The notes below the pieces were generated by a model. That model did no database searches. It saw nothing but the letters and a program-made list of their open reading frames with translations, and was not told the DNA's origin. 58,240 nt of DNA from the IMG/VR virus record IMGVR_UViG_3300033075_001233, positions 64,001 through 122,240 of that record; one strand, written 5' to 3'. Both the position numbers and the translations under genes were made by a program. The DNA is from a virus. Taxonomy: Duplodnaviria > Heunggongvirae > Uroviricota > Caudoviricetes. Below are positions 37,691 to 47,924 of the stretch, in pieces (position 1 is the stretch's first letter; each line of letters starts with the position of its first letter).

Positions 37691-38611
37691 TTAATAATCA
37701 TCACCTACCTCAGATGCAGGTTGTTTTGCTGTTTGACTTGCTGCTACATCATTTGCTGCATCATATTCAGATACAGGTGCTAATGGTGCATATCCACTTG
37801 GAGGATAATTTTTATGTGTTTCTTTATACTTATTCCAACGAGTTGTCATATATCCTTTAGGGAATTGACAATTATTGTTAATAAATTTAACAGAATCCTT
37901 ACTTAGTGTAGGCACTCCAAAATTGTTATTTGGAATCCATAATTTTTCATAATGTTCAGTGCCCTCTTTTGAGGTAGCTACTTGTAACATTACAACAAAG
38001 GGACGGAATAATTCACTCGTTAAATCTGCATAAAATTCCTGAACATTTCCTGTAAATAATTTCTTATAATTATAATTTAATTCTGCACTTGGTTTGTCAT
38101 AATCAAGTGCTAATGCTTCTCTCAAAAATCGAACAAGCATATCTTCACCTTTTAAACATTTTCTGAATGTTTTCTTATCATCTGTACTCTCATACCTTTT
38201 CTCATCATCATTCCATTTTTGGAAATACTTAAACCAATCAGGAAGCTCATCTTCAGATGGTACTTTTACCAATTGACCCACTTGATTTACAAATACGTAC
38301 AAATCAGGATTTCCATCCTTACCCTCAACAATAGCCGGTGTATTTTCTAAGAAAATACGATGTTTACGAGGTGTACTATCTTTAACATTTATTCGATAAT
38401 AAATGTCAAAATTAAGCTTATCATCACCTGCATCATTCTTACCCGTGTACTTAATGTCTTCACTCTCATCTGTAAGTTCATAGTTATACATTTTAGCTTT
38501 CTCTTCTTTTGTTGGATTGATTGCTACAATCTCCTCAACCAAAGCTAATCCTGCATACACTTTAAATCCATCTAATGCCTTACTTTGTTTTACATCTCCT
38601 TTTGCGCCCAT
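37691..38611 (-). CDS. Probable single-stranded DNA-binding protein
   Basis: Position between the AAA ATPase and primase; beta-rich core with aromatic residues; flexible acidic tail (..EVGDDY). Confidence 0.55.
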   Translation of the reverse strand: MGAKGDVKQSKALDGFKVYAGLALVEEIVAINPTKEEKAKMYNYELTDESEDIKYTGKNDAGDDKLNFDIYYRINVKDSTPRKHRIFLENTPAIVEGKDGNPDLYVFVNQVGQLVKVPSEDELPDWFKYFQKWNDDEKRYESTDDKKTFRKCLKGEDMLVRFLREALALDYDKPSAELNYNYKKLFTGNVQEFYADLTSELFRPFVVMLQVATSKEGTEHYEKLWIPNNNFGVPTLSKDSVKFINNNCQFPKGYMTTRWNKYKETHKNYPPSGYAPLAPVSEYDAANDVAASQTAKQPASEVGDDY

Positions 38612-38629
38612 AATTTTTTCCTTTTCTTT

Positions 38630-39295
38630 TTATGAATAATATTCGTTTATTTTATCAACAACAATTTGTAAGTTGTTGTCTATCTTTAAATCCGTAAACA
38701 TATCAATAGGTGATTTTGCAGGATATTTCTTATATCTATTTGTAGTGAAGAAATATTCAGTTTTATCTCCTTTTGATTCAGTGAGTGCATATAACACCAC
38801 TGTAAATAATCCTTCCATTTTGATCTGAGAATCAATCATTTTACCAGCAGTTTTCAGCTTATAATTTACCACTTCCCCACTATCTTCTACTTCTTCCAAA
38901 TGTGAAAAATAGAAAATATTCAGATCATCCCTTAACTTTTTGGCTTCCTGAATAAGATTCACCATATCCTGAGCCATCACTGAAAACTTAGTGTATCCTA
39001 CTTCGGTGGCTTTAGATACAAGATTAAAAGCCATAATGTAGTTCCCATCCTCAATAATAACATTTTTGATATGTGTAGCTTTTTCAGAAATCGTTTTTAA
39101 CAATTTTAAAATTTCCTTAGCGCCACTTATATCCTTATAATTCTTATTATCAGAATTATATAATTTACCACTACCTCTAAAAGGTAATTCTTTTCCAGCT
39201 ACATTAATAATGTAAGTTGTCTTAGGGTCTAAATACTTAATACTTGTGGACTTACCACTACCAGTATCACCAACAATTGCAATTACTTTACTCAT
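38630..39295 (-). CDS. AAA_24/Sak4-like P-loop ATPase
   Basis: IVGDTGSGKST, INVAGKELPF, IIEDGNY, SHLEE, KTAGKMID. ATG at 39295. Confidence 0.8.
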   Translation of the reverse strand: MSKVIAIVGDTGSGKSTSIKYLDPKTTYIINVAGKELPFRGSGKLYNSDNKNYKDISGAKEILKLLKTISEKATHIKNVIIEDGNYIMAFNLVSKATEVGYTKFSVMAQDMVNLIQEAKKLRDDLNIFYFSHLEEVEDSGEVVNYKLKTAGKMIDSQIKMEGLFTVVLYALTESKGDKTEYFFTTNRYKKYPAKSPIDMFTDLKIDNNLQIVVDKINEYYS

Positions 39296-39318
39296 TATAT
39301 TTTTATTTTTGTACAAAT

Positions 39319-40005
39319 TTAGTCTAAATCTATGATATTTCCAAAAGAAGTTAATCCTTTATCAAATCTTCCATCTTCTACACACGTTGCATTTGAAAAT
39401 ATAGTAGGAATATCACTAAATGTAGAAACACCCTGATTATTAATATCTTTAAAATTATGTATATGTCCAAAACACATAAGTTTAGGTGTTGTTCTATATA
39501 CAGCTTTTAATAAAGCTCTATCTCCACAAAATTCAAGTTCATTTGATACACTATATGATAAATCCCTAACTCCTCTGGGAGGCCCATGTACTATGAGTAC
39601 ATCAAGTCCATAAGGAATATCTTCCCAATATCTTCCTATTTTATCACGAGCTTTCATAAAACTCCATTCTCCATATGTAGGTGTATAAGGACTACCAAAT
39701 ATGTATAATCCATTGAGATATCTAGCTTCATGTTCAAGATAACTAATACCAACATCTTCAAACTGCTCTCTTTTTATAATTTTTCTCTCAATACTAGTAT
39801 CATGATTACCAGCTACAAATATCTTATATTTTATAGGAACATTCTTATACCATTCTATAAAATTCAATACTTCGTCTTTATTTTTATAAGTTTCTCTATA
39901 GTTAGAGCAGTCCCCTGAATGTATCACCATATCTATTCCTTCAAATCTATGATCTGGAAATATTCCATGATTTGCATGAGTATCGCTAATATGCAGTATT
40001 TTCAT
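39319..40005 (-). CDS. Metallophosphoesterase (MPPED-like)
   Basis: HISDTH, HSGD, AGNHD, HGPP, FGHIH. Confidence 0.9.
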   Translation of the reverse strand: MKILHISDTHANHGIFPDHRFEGIDMVIHSGDCSNYRETYKNKDEVLNFIEWYKNVPIKYKIFVAGNHDTSIERKIIKREQFEDVGISYLEHEARYLNGLYIFGSPYTPTYGEWSFMKARDKIGRYWEDIPYGLDVLIVHGPPRGVRDLSYSVSNELEFCGDRALLKAVYRTTPKLMCFGHIHNFKDINNQGVSTFSDIPTIFSNATCVEDGRFDKGLTSFGNIIDLD

Positions 40006-41137
40006 AATCTTTTATATATTTATTATCAATATGTTGTAATGCTTTCTTCAAATATCTTTCATCAGCAGTGTTTTTACAATAGAGAATATATAGTTCTGGA
40101 CTATCTGCTCTCATTGATCTGCCTGTTTTCTGAATAAACGAATTTCCATCATCTTCTCCACTATCAAGCTGTACTACTATTCCAGCTTCTATATCTTCGA
40201 GGTTCAATCCCTCTCTTCCCATGTTGTTTACATATATATCATTGATTTCTAATGAATTAAATGCTTTTAGTGTGGTGAGGTTATGCTTTTTCCCTTTTTT
40301 GGAATGTATTGCATGATTCCCACCTAATTCATCAGCTTGTTCAATACTACCTGTAAAACAAATAAATCGTTTACCGTATATTTGATTAATTAATTTCTTT
40401 GTAGCTTCTGTTTTCAAGGATGCTAAGAATTTCTTCCTAACACTTCCTAAAGCTACCATTTTTCCGATATTCCATTCCTCTCCGGTTTGTGCATATCGTG
40501 TTTGCCAATACTTTATATCTTTATCAAGCTTGTCAGAGTATTGTCTATCTGTAAGCTGAAATGCTTTTTTTGGTACAGGATTACGTTTAATTTTATCATC
40601 TAACTCTATAGGAATCAAATAGATGGATGGTTCTGGCAATATACCTTCTGCTATTGCTTTTTTCAATGGTATATCATATTCCAAATAAGGATATATATCA
40701 AAAAGTCTACTTTTTACAACATCTGGTATTTTAGCCCCATCTGATATAATTTGATCAAATTTAATAGTGGATATAATATCTTCACGTAAATCACTCACTT
40801 TTTGAGCTTCATTTAGGGCCAGATTTAAGTCTCTATTTTTAAAATTAACCAAACTGGCATAACATATTATTCCTTCAAGCTTATCTTTAAGTTTTTCAGA
40901 TAAATCGTATTTCTCTATTTCTTTATTCCAGTTTTCTACTTGTAATACTTCAGGGCATACTATAAGCCATTTTTTCTCACTTTTCGATGCTAATATACAT
41001 CGTAATACAGCAAGTCCTTTACCGCATCCTGTAGCCCATTGTAGTAGTAAATGTCTATGTTGTAAACTTAGTTCTTCTGCAATATATTGAATTTCAGCCT
41101 TTTTCTTATTGCTTATTTCCCTATTAAAATCAGTCAT
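39986..41137 (-). CDS. SF2 helicase-like protein with a degenerate motif II
   Basis: ATGCGKG, LNEAQ in place of DExH, GREGLNL, QKTGRSMR. Confidence 0.75.
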   Translation of the reverse strand: MTDFNREISNKKKAEIQYIAEELSLQHRHLLLQWATGCGKGLAVLRCILASKSEKKWLIVCPEVLQVENWNKEIEKYDLSEKLKDKLEGIICYASLVNFKNRDLNLALNEAQKVSDLREDIISTIKFDQIISDGAKIPDVVKSRLFDIYPYLEYDIPLKKAIAEGILPEPSIYLIPIELDDKIKRNPVPKKAFQLTDRQYSDKLDKDIKYWQTRYAQTGEEWNIGKMVALGSVRKKFLASLKTEATKKLINQIYGKRFICFTGSIEQADELGGNHAIHSKKGKKHNLTTLKAFNSLEINDIYVNNMGREGLNLEDIEAGIVVQLDSGEDDGNSFIQKTGRSMRADSPELYILYCKNTADERYLKKALQHIDNKYIKDYENTAY

Positions 41138-42215
41138 TTGTTAAAAAATATGTATTACTAAAGATATCTTTATAATTTTCCCCATTCCAATTTTCACGAA
41201 TATATGAACTTTTTGGTAATTCTTTAAAAATTCCACATTCTCCTTGAAAAGCTGTACCTATAGACGCATCATCAATACCATATGAGTTCTTTAATACTTT
41301 AATATTTCTAAAATATTTATGACCTGATTCTGGTGATTTAAACGTTGATACATCACCATAAAACTTATCATTTGTATTATATCTCAAAGGATCAAATACA
41401 CTTATTACTACATCTGCTGCCTCCGCTGTTGTACCACTTTCTTTAGCGTTATCTAAATGTGGCTCAAAGCTATCTAATTTTGTATAAATTGGACTACTTA
41501 AATCTCTATTCAATTGATTTACAGCTATTGTTGACCACCCTAAATGATCTCTAAAATATTGAAAATTCTCAACAGTACGATCAATAGCTTGTTTTTTAAC
41601 CGGATAGTCTTTTCCCACTTTTATCAATCCTAGGTGATCTCCTGCTACAATAACGTCTTCATTTGGATCAGAAGCAGTGTAAATTTTCTTAAACTCACTT
41701 ACTTTTTCCTCTTTTCCATGTGTTTCTGCATATTCCTTACCTATCCTGAATATATCATTTGGACTTCTTCCTCCTTCATATAGGTCTATTCTACTCTCAA
41801 GGAATACAAAATAGTCCTCATATTGATCTATAAGCGATAGGGCATCTTCTGTTAGCTTATCTCCATACCAATTCATCAATGTATGCATAGGAATGATCTT
41901 CCCTGTATCGAGGAATATACGCCGTATAAGCCATTTAGCATGGATATAGGTTTTACTCCTTTCCATTGAAAAAAGGATATATTTTAGCTTCTTATCGGTG
42001 TCTTTTACTTTAGATAATGATTCTAAAGGGTTGAGAATGAACGCATCATACAATAAACTACTCTTTCCTGATCCACTAGACCCCATAATTACATAGAACA
42101 TCTTCTTTCTCAAGGAGATATATCTATCCAATCTAGGTAGGCCCAAAGAATATCCTTTATTTTTCCCTTCTATACCATCATTAATGGCCTGTCTTAAATC
42201 TCCAAAGAAACTCAT
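41130..42215 (-). CDS. DnaB-like (SF4) replicative helicase
   Basis: MGSSGSGKS, FSMER, DHLGL, VNQLNR, KESG..AEAADVV, KVLKN. Confidence 0.85.
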   Translation of the reverse strand: MSFFGDLRQAINDGIEGKNKGYSLGLPRLDRYISLRKKMFYVIMGSSGSGKSSLLYDAFILNPLESLSKVKDTDKKLKYILFSMERSKTYIHAKWLIRRIFLDTGKIIPMHTLMNWYGDKLTEDALSLIDQYEDYFVFLESRIDLYEGGRSPNDIFRIGKEYAETHGKEEKVSEFKKIYTASDPNEDVIVAGDHLGLIKVGKDYPVKKQAIDRTVENFQYFRDHLGWSTIAVNQLNRDLSSPIYTKLDSFEPHLDNAKESGTTAEAADVVISVFDPLRYNTNDKFYGDVSTFKSPESGHKYFRNIKVLKNSYGIDDASIGTAFQGECGIFKELPKSSYIRENWNGENYKDIFSNTYFLTND

Positions 42216-42823
42216 ATTTCAAAATCTCCTCCGCTTTTAGCTGCTGTTTGTTTTGTTTTATACAATTTAATATAAGGTTCAAAATATCTTTCTCTCAGAT
42301 ATCTTTCAGAATTCGGAATAAAACTCACTTGATTTTCTCTACGTTTCAAGCTTAATTCCATAGCCGTTTGTAAGTGATGTTTTGTTGCCATTATAACATC
42401 ATCAGGATCAAACTCTGAGGAACACATTACATTAAATAATTTTTTACAATCCTCCTTTTTAATACGTTTATTTTGTGTTCCTTTAAAATCAGTGTTCTGA
42501 ATCGTAAAATTGTTCGTAGCAGGATATACTTCCCACCATTCATCGAATTTCTCACCATTCACTCTAGGTCTTCTTTTGGTTTTTACTTCCGTAACCACCT
42601 CGTTTTTCATAGATTCGTATAATTCTTCTCCATATTGAGTAAGATTATTACGTATATCTATATATCCTTTACGCTGAAGACGCTGAATGAATGGTAGAAA
42701 TTCCTCATTATCAATATCTTGTTCCTCTTTAATCATTTCAAGTATAAATACACAATCAAGAGGAACTTTTTGTCTACATAGGGACGAATAATGCGCTTGT
42801 GTAAAATTAAATAGTTTAGTCAT
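42212..42823 (-). CDS. Hypothetical replication-associated protein
   Basis: wHTH-like N-terminus and FDEWWEVYP...NSERYL, as seen in phage replication-initiator C-termini; adjacent to DnaB. Confidence 0.45.
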   Translation of the reverse strand: MTKLFNFTQAHYSSLCRQKVPLDCVFILEMIKEEQDIDNEEFLPFIQRLQRKGYIDIRNNLTQYGEELYESMKNEVVTEVKTKRRPRVNGEKFDEWWEVYPATNNFTIQNTDFKGTQNKRIKKEDCKKLFNVMCSSEFDPDDVIMATKHHLQTAMELSLKRRENQVSFIPNSERYLRERYFEPYIKLYKTKQTAAKSGGDFEI

Positions 42824-42825
42824 AT

Positions 42826-43035
42826 TTAAAAAGGAAGGGGTTTATCCTTCACTGCAAATTTAGGGTTATTTATTCTATTTTTCGTTCTAATTTTATTAAA
42901 AAATAACCTCTTTTTTGCAGAATCATCTTTAAATCTTTGTAAATATTCAATTTCCTTATTATATATTTCTTCTTGTAAATCAATATTATCTTGCAGTTCT
43001 TCTTCTCTTATCTGCTCAAATAGTTGTTTATTCAC
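42826..43035 (-). CDS. Hypothetical protein ending KPLPF
   Basis: ORF packing. Confidence 0.5.
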   Translation of the reverse strand: MNKQLFEQIREEELQDNIDLQEEIYNKEIEYLQRFKDDSAKKRLFFNKIRTKNRINNPKFAVKDKPLPF

Positions 43036-43192
43036 ATTTATTTTATTAAATCTTTAGTGTAAAATACTACTGGAAACATTCCAAATAAATAATAAACTAT
43101 ACTATAATCCCACCCACTTAAAATCATTCTTCCATCTGGAATGTCAGTTAATATTTGACAATATTTTGTTGGAGATAATTTTATCATAATAT

Positions 43193-43513
43193 TTAATTTA
43201 AAAATTCACTAGTTACTTCAATATCTTCTATTTTTATAAATAAATCTATACCAAAAGAACTATTAGCACTAATTATATATGCATATTTAGTACCCATTAT
43301 TTTAGCTATTTTATCATGTTTCCCATCTAAAGATTTGTTATTTCCACCTAAATATAGAAATCCATTACGAAAATCACTTAAATTAAAATCACCTCTTTCA
43401 TCATTTACACATCCTACTATTAGAGGTACATATTTCTTTGATTGTATACGGAAAACTTCTTTTCCTTCATATTTAACTAATTCATCATATGATTTTATCT
43501 TAACATAACTCAT
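43193..43513 (-). CDS. Small hypothetical protein (C-terminal SEFLN)
   Basis: ORF with an A-rich leader. Confidence 0.6.
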   Translation of the reverse strand: MSYVKIKSYDELVKYEGKEVFRIQSKKYVPLIVGCVNDERGDFNLSDFRNGFLYLGGNNKSLDGKHDKIAKIMGTKYAYIISANSSFGIDLFIKIEDIEVTSEFLN

Positions 43514-43527
43514 TTTAAAATAATTTT

Positions 43528-43845
43528 TTAATTAATAAATGATTCATCTACTTCAATTATATTCTCAGGAACAGCTAGTTTTAATAGTTTAGGAAAATCA
43601 GTACTTTTAGGTTTACCACCTTTGCCTATATTACACACCCATGACTTTTTCCATCCCTTTTTGTTTTTTGGAGAGCTTCCATTGTCGCCATTATTAAAGA
43701 GAACAAAGAAAGTAATTTGAGATGAATTTTGTGTTATTTGTGTTATTTCTCCATCTTGCTCTTCTTTATGACTGCTAATTATTACTCTCACTTTCGATCC
43801 TTCTGTAAAAGTTTGTCCGTTATATATAAACGATAAATTTTCCAT
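43528..43845 (-). CDS. Small hypothetical protein (C-terminal ESFIN)
   Basis: ORF with an A-rich leader. Confidence 0.6.
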   Translation of the reverse strand: MENLSFIYNGQTFTEGSKVRVIISSHKEEQDGEITQITQNSSQITFFVLFNNGDNGSSPKNKKGWKKSWVCNIGKGGKPKSTDFPKLLKLAVPENIIEVDESFIN

Positions 43846-43852
43846 AATTTTT

Positions 43853-44137
43853 TTAATTTAAAAATAAAGGTTCGTTGTCAATTGATTTACCTAAAATAAA
43901 ATGTAGAAATTCCTCTCTTGTAATTTTTTCGGAATGTTCTCTTATTCCTGAAAAAGTTAGTTGTGGATTTTTAGTAGTACCTATTTTAATATTATCATCA
44001 TTATGTGAAGAAATATATTCAAAAGTTCCACGAGTATATGTACCAGTTACTGTATTTACTTGTTTATTAAACCATATGCCTGCTTCAGGAACTTCTGTAG
44101 TGTTTATATACCACCTATCCGGTAATGATTCTCTCAT
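43853..44137 (-). CDS. Small hypothetical protein (C-terminal EPLFLN); MRE.LP..W start shared with 50854-51135
   Basis: MRESLPDRWY vs MREKLPEKWC, and ITREEF vs LTMEEF. Confidence 0.6.
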   Translation of the reverse strand: MRESLPDRWYINTTEVPEAGIWFNKQVNTVTGTYTRGTFEYISSHNDDNIKIGTTKNPQLTFSGIREHSEKITREEFLHFILGKSIDNEPLFLN

Positions 44138-44475
44138 TTGTAATGATTTAAAATGTTATCAAAATTTATAATTTCTCCAGAAATAATATTTCTAGTTCTC
44201 CATTCTCTTCCTTGTAAATACGGAGATGCATATTCATGTCGTATTTGACTTAATATATGATCCTTTGCTCCAGATGAAGTTCTAAATTTAGAATTCCACG
44301 AATCTTCAGTCCATTCATCTGTATATTCTTTTTTAGACATCCATCCTTTAGGATATTTCTCAAAATCTACACGAGAAATCCATTTATATTCTATCACCCA
44401 ATTCTTTTCTTTTTTTCTCTTCGATGGAGCACCAGCGTCTATTTCTCTTATAATTCGTTTTATATATTTTCTCAT
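44134..44475 (-). CDS. Hypothetical protein
   Basis: ORF packing. Confidence 0.55.
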   Translation of the reverse strand: MRKYIKRIIREIDAGAPSKRKKEKNWVIEYKWISRVDFEKYPKGWMSKKEYTDEWTEDSWNSKFRTSSGAKDHILSQIRHEYASPYLQGREWRTRNIISGEIINFDNILNHYK

Positions 44476-44478
44476 AAT

Positions 44479-46446
44479 TTAAAATAAATTAATTTGATTA
44501 GGGTCTTTTTTAATATTTTTTGGCTTTTTACCTGTACTAAGTCTATATATAAGCTTTTTGATCTCATCTATATACCATTCTCTATCTACTTTCTCTAAAT
44601 GTTCTTTATGAGTACTAGGCATAAGACTATTACATATAATTTTTTTATGTTCAGCAGGTCTGATATTAGCATCTGAGGCATTTGTATCGTTATCTTCTCG
44701 TACTATTTTCATCACTTTCACACCCTGTTTAGATACATAATATCTAATAAGTTTTGGTAAGGATTTCCACTTTTTCTCTTCTATATCATAATACTGATGA
44801 TAGTATGTATCTCCTGCTGTACTTCTTCCGCAAAAATGGAATATATTATCAAAAGAACTAACAAATTCTTCAGGTTGTACATTATTTATAAAATATTCAG
44901 ATAGTCCTAAAGGAATCACTCTGAAACTCTTGTTTTTATGCAACTCTGTATCAATTAAGAAATCACCTTTTCTTTTTACTTCACCGTCCATCTTAACAGC
45001 TAAATAATCATTCACTGTTAAAAACCACATATCTTTAAATTCTGCAAATTCTAGTGCATAACTTGTTAATTCACACCATTTTTTACATATTTCATAAAAT
45101 TTATCAATTTCTGTACGTTTTACCAAGAATGTAGCACCATCTGTATTACTCATAATACATTGATTTCTAGCTAATTCTTGGTCTTCGATTAGCATAAGGA
45201 TTGACATTTCTCCTGCTATACATATATTTAATCTGCATTGAGGGTCGTATAACCAATTACTCATATCTCCTGTTTTACCATAAACAGAATTTCCCATATT
45301 TTTGTACCCACTAACAATACCTTTTATCTTTTTATCTTTCTTAGATTCAGGTTTTAATCTTTCTCTTTCTTCAACTCCCCATTTATACGCATTTATAAAT
45401 GATTCTTTATTCAAATGAGCAGGAGAAAATTTATTATTTATAATAGTTCTTGCGTAGTATCCCGTTACGTCTGCGTCTATAATAATATATTCATCATCAG
45501 AATGATATTGCTTATTTTCAATAACATTATGAATTCCCCCAAGACCAACAGTATGTATCTGATTAAATACTCTTACAGATTCCTCAAATTCTTCAGCGGC
45601 TCCTATTTTTTTAGCTTTCATTCTTTGTAAAAACTCCTGTAATTCAGGAGTTTTAAAAGAGACATATTTAGGAATTCCCCACTTGAATTCTACAAATTTC
45701 CTAAAAGTTCCCTTTTTAGGAAGATTTGTATATGAAATATTATTATGTTCACAATAAAGTTTTTTAATTATTTCATCTCCCAATTTAGAATCAGAGTAAT
45801 TTAAACAATTAAATCCAAATTTTTCAGATATTGCTTCTCTTATTTCTATCTGATGATTACCTTTATATATAGTGTTATCAACCTCGCCTATTACATAAAG
45901 ATAATTTCTATAAGTGTTTAAAACGTCATTGTGGCAATAATAAATGAGGTCTTCCACTTCCTCTTGAGTAAAATCTTCTTTTAAATGACTAATCTTCATT
46001 TCTCGAACATCTTCTGCATCCATTTCATATTCAAGTCTTTTTAATCCTACTCTTCGATTTTTATTATCGAAGTGTTGAATCTTAAAGACATCAATAGGTT
46101 TAAAAGTTAATTGATCTTCACGAAAAGGCGGAAAACCTCCATTATTAGTTGCGTCTATTACATCTTGAGCATATTCCCATATTAGTGCAGCAATCTCCCT
46201 ACCTGATAATTTTTCCCATTTCTCATAATTTCTATAAATCCATTCGATCACTTGACCGTCAAATGTTAAATTATTAAATCCTACAAAATAATAGTAACTA
46301 TTATCATCTAAAAACTTAATAAGTTTATATAAATCATTTTGATATTGATTTATAATGAAATCAATCCATTTTCCTGTTTCAGGAACAAACACACTTATCA
46401 AAAAACAACCTTTTGGGGTTTCTATATCATGCACTAATATCTTCAT
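44479..46446 (-). CDS. Family B DNA polymerase with 3'-5' exonuclease
   Basis: Exo motifs HDIET, GFNNLTFD and YCHND; Pol motifs DADVTGYYA, KNMGNSVYGK and SNTDG. Confidence 0.92.
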   Translation of the reverse strand: MKILVHDIETPKGCFLISVFVPETGKWIDFIINQYQNDLYKLIKFLDDNSYYYFVGFNNLTFDGQVIEWIYRNYEKWEKLSGREIAALIWEYAQDVIDATNNGGFPPFREDQLTFKPIDVFKIQHFDNKNRRVGLKRLEYEMDAEDVREMKISHLKEDFTQEEVEDLIYYCHNDVLNTYRNYLYVIGEVDNTIYKGNHQIEIREAISEKFGFNCLNYSDSKLGDEIIKKLYCEHNNISYTNLPKKGTFRKFVEFKWGIPKYVSFKTPELQEFLQRMKAKKIGAAEEFEESVRVFNQIHTVGLGGIHNVIENKQYHSDDEYIIIDADVTGYYARTIINNKFSPAHLNKESFINAYKWGVEERERLKPESKKDKKIKGIVSGYKNMGNSVYGKTGDMSNWLYDPQCRLNICIAGEMSILMLIEDQELARNQCIMSNTDGATFLVKRTEIDKFYEICKKWCELTSYALEFAEFKDMWFLTVNDYLAVKMDGEVKRKGDFLIDTELHKNKSFRVIPLGLSEYFINNVQPEEFVSSFDNIFHFCGRSTAGDTYYHQYYDIEEKKWKSLPKLIRYYVSKQGVKVMKIVREDNDTNASDANIRPAEHKKIICNSLMPSTHKEHLEKVDREWYIDEIKKLIYRLSTGKKPKNIKKDPNQINLF

Positions 46447-46452
46447 GTTCTC

Positions 46453-47295
46453 TTATTTTAACAACTTTTCTAAATTCAGAAGCTCATCATCATCCATATT
46501 ATTAAATTCAACACCCTCATTTCTAATTGTATCACATAATTCAATAAATTCGTTTACGTTTTTAAATTGACCTGAACTTACAACTTTTGTGAGCAATTTC
46601 TGAATATCGTTAATAATGTTATCACCGTAATCTTCTCTGATTGTTATTAATGTATCCAGAGTGTTAGAATCGTCATAATCTTTAAGTACATCAATAAATA
46701 CACCAGCCTGCCCTTTTTTCATCCTAACACTACCACATCCAAAACTTACTGTGTCTTTTGTTACAGTGACAGAATGACCTTCTACTGTTACCATTTTATG
46801 AGCATTAATAATAGCAATCTGTCTTTTATCTTTTACAATTTCAAATGTAGAGAAACCAAAAGCATCTTTTATGGTTTGTGTTTTTATATCCCAACTTTCT
46901 TCCTGATATGTAGGAAATCCGTGAAAAGCATCAGCGTCTTCATTTTCTTCAACTAAATTTGTTCCAGCTAAAACAGCAATATCTTCATAATAATCAGTGA
47001 CAACACCGCAACATTTTGCAGCATTGCCTCTTACACCTTTTTTAGTAGCGATAAAATAGTCACCATCTTTAATTTTTATCACTTCCAGTTTTTTAGCAGG
47101 AGCTTTATATAGATCAAATCTATCAACATCCACAAATTCATTAACAGCACGTTCACCTGTTACATAGATATAATCAGTACCTGTAACTTTTACTACTTTT
47201 CCAATCCATCCCGGTTTTGTAATAGTATAACAACTAGCTAACTGATTGCCAACCACTTGATCACCCACTTTAAATTTTGCAACTTTTTTTGCCAT
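46453..47295 (-). CDS. Hypothetical protein with an N-terminal KOW/SH3-like segment
   Basis: KFKVGDQVVG...GKVVKV. Confidence 0.6.
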   Translation of the reverse strand: MAKKVAKFKVGDQVVGNQLASCYTITKPGWIGKVVKVTGTDYIYVTGERAVNEFVDVDRFDLYKAPAKKLEVIKIKDGDYFIATKKGVRGNAAKCCGVVTDYYEDIAVLAGTNLVEENEDADAFHGFPTYQEESWDIKTQTIKDAFGFSTFEIVKDKRQIAIINAHKMVTVEGHSVTVTKDTVSFGCGSVRMKKGQAGVFIDVLKDYDDSNTLDTLITIREDYGDNIINDIQKLLTKVVSSGQFKNVNEFIELCDTIRNEGVEFNNMDDDELLNLEKLLK

Positions 47296-47314
47296 TTTTT
47301 TAACTTTTTAATTA

Positions 47315-47710
47315 TTAATTAATTTTTGCATATATTTTGTCCACATAATCAGGAAAATAATTGAGAAGGCAGGGACAAAGCCATCCTTCAATATCAGTAC
47401 CATCTAATAAATACATTCCTTCTACATCGGAATTTTTAATTCTACTCAAACTGAGTGTAAAGTTAGGAATAATATCTTTAGAAATATAAATTTCTAATGA
47501 TTTTTTACCATTTGAGTACATATCAATCATAACATTAATATCTCCTACAAATGGTTCACCCACAATACCTAGATCATCATCATCAAATGACCATACGCCA
47601 TACTTGTTTCTTTTTGGATAAATTACATTTACTTGATTATTAGCCTTGGTTTTCTGAATAGTACCACCTCCAGATGGACCATCTAATAAAATGTCATAAT
47701 TTTTTTTCAT
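47315..47710 (-). CDS. Conserved phage hypothetical protein (DUF6717-like)
   Basis: IYP..NKYGVWSFDD..GIVGEPFVG, ending GWLCPCLLNYF. Confidence 0.55.
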   Translation of the reverse strand: MKKNYDILLDGPSGGGTIQKTKANNQVNVIYPKRNKYGVWSFDDDDLGIVGEPFVGDINVMIDMYSNGKKSLEIYISKDIIPNFTLSLSRIKNSDVEGMYLLDGTDIEGWLCPCLLNYFPDYVDKIYAKIN

Positions 47711-47924
47711 AATTTTTAATTAATATATAAAGAAAATTCATCAACTGTTATTTCAAATATAGGTACAAACTTACCAGCTTGAATACAAGCTAAAAGCCAA
47801 TTACATTCTTTTTCTGTAGCTGGTTCATATTCTGTATCAGAAAAATATCCATTTTTATACCATCATTTATTCTGTCAATTAACATTTGTAAAGGCGTGTT
47901 CATGTGTTTAGTTTTTAGTGTTTA

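Noticed and set aside
47716-47903. Overlapping short frames MNTPLQ...VIGF and WYKNG...ACIQAGK...SLYIN
   Set aside because: Looks like a frameshifted or deleted gene remnant; the second frame has no start codon, so it is not called as a CDS or as programmed frameshifting.
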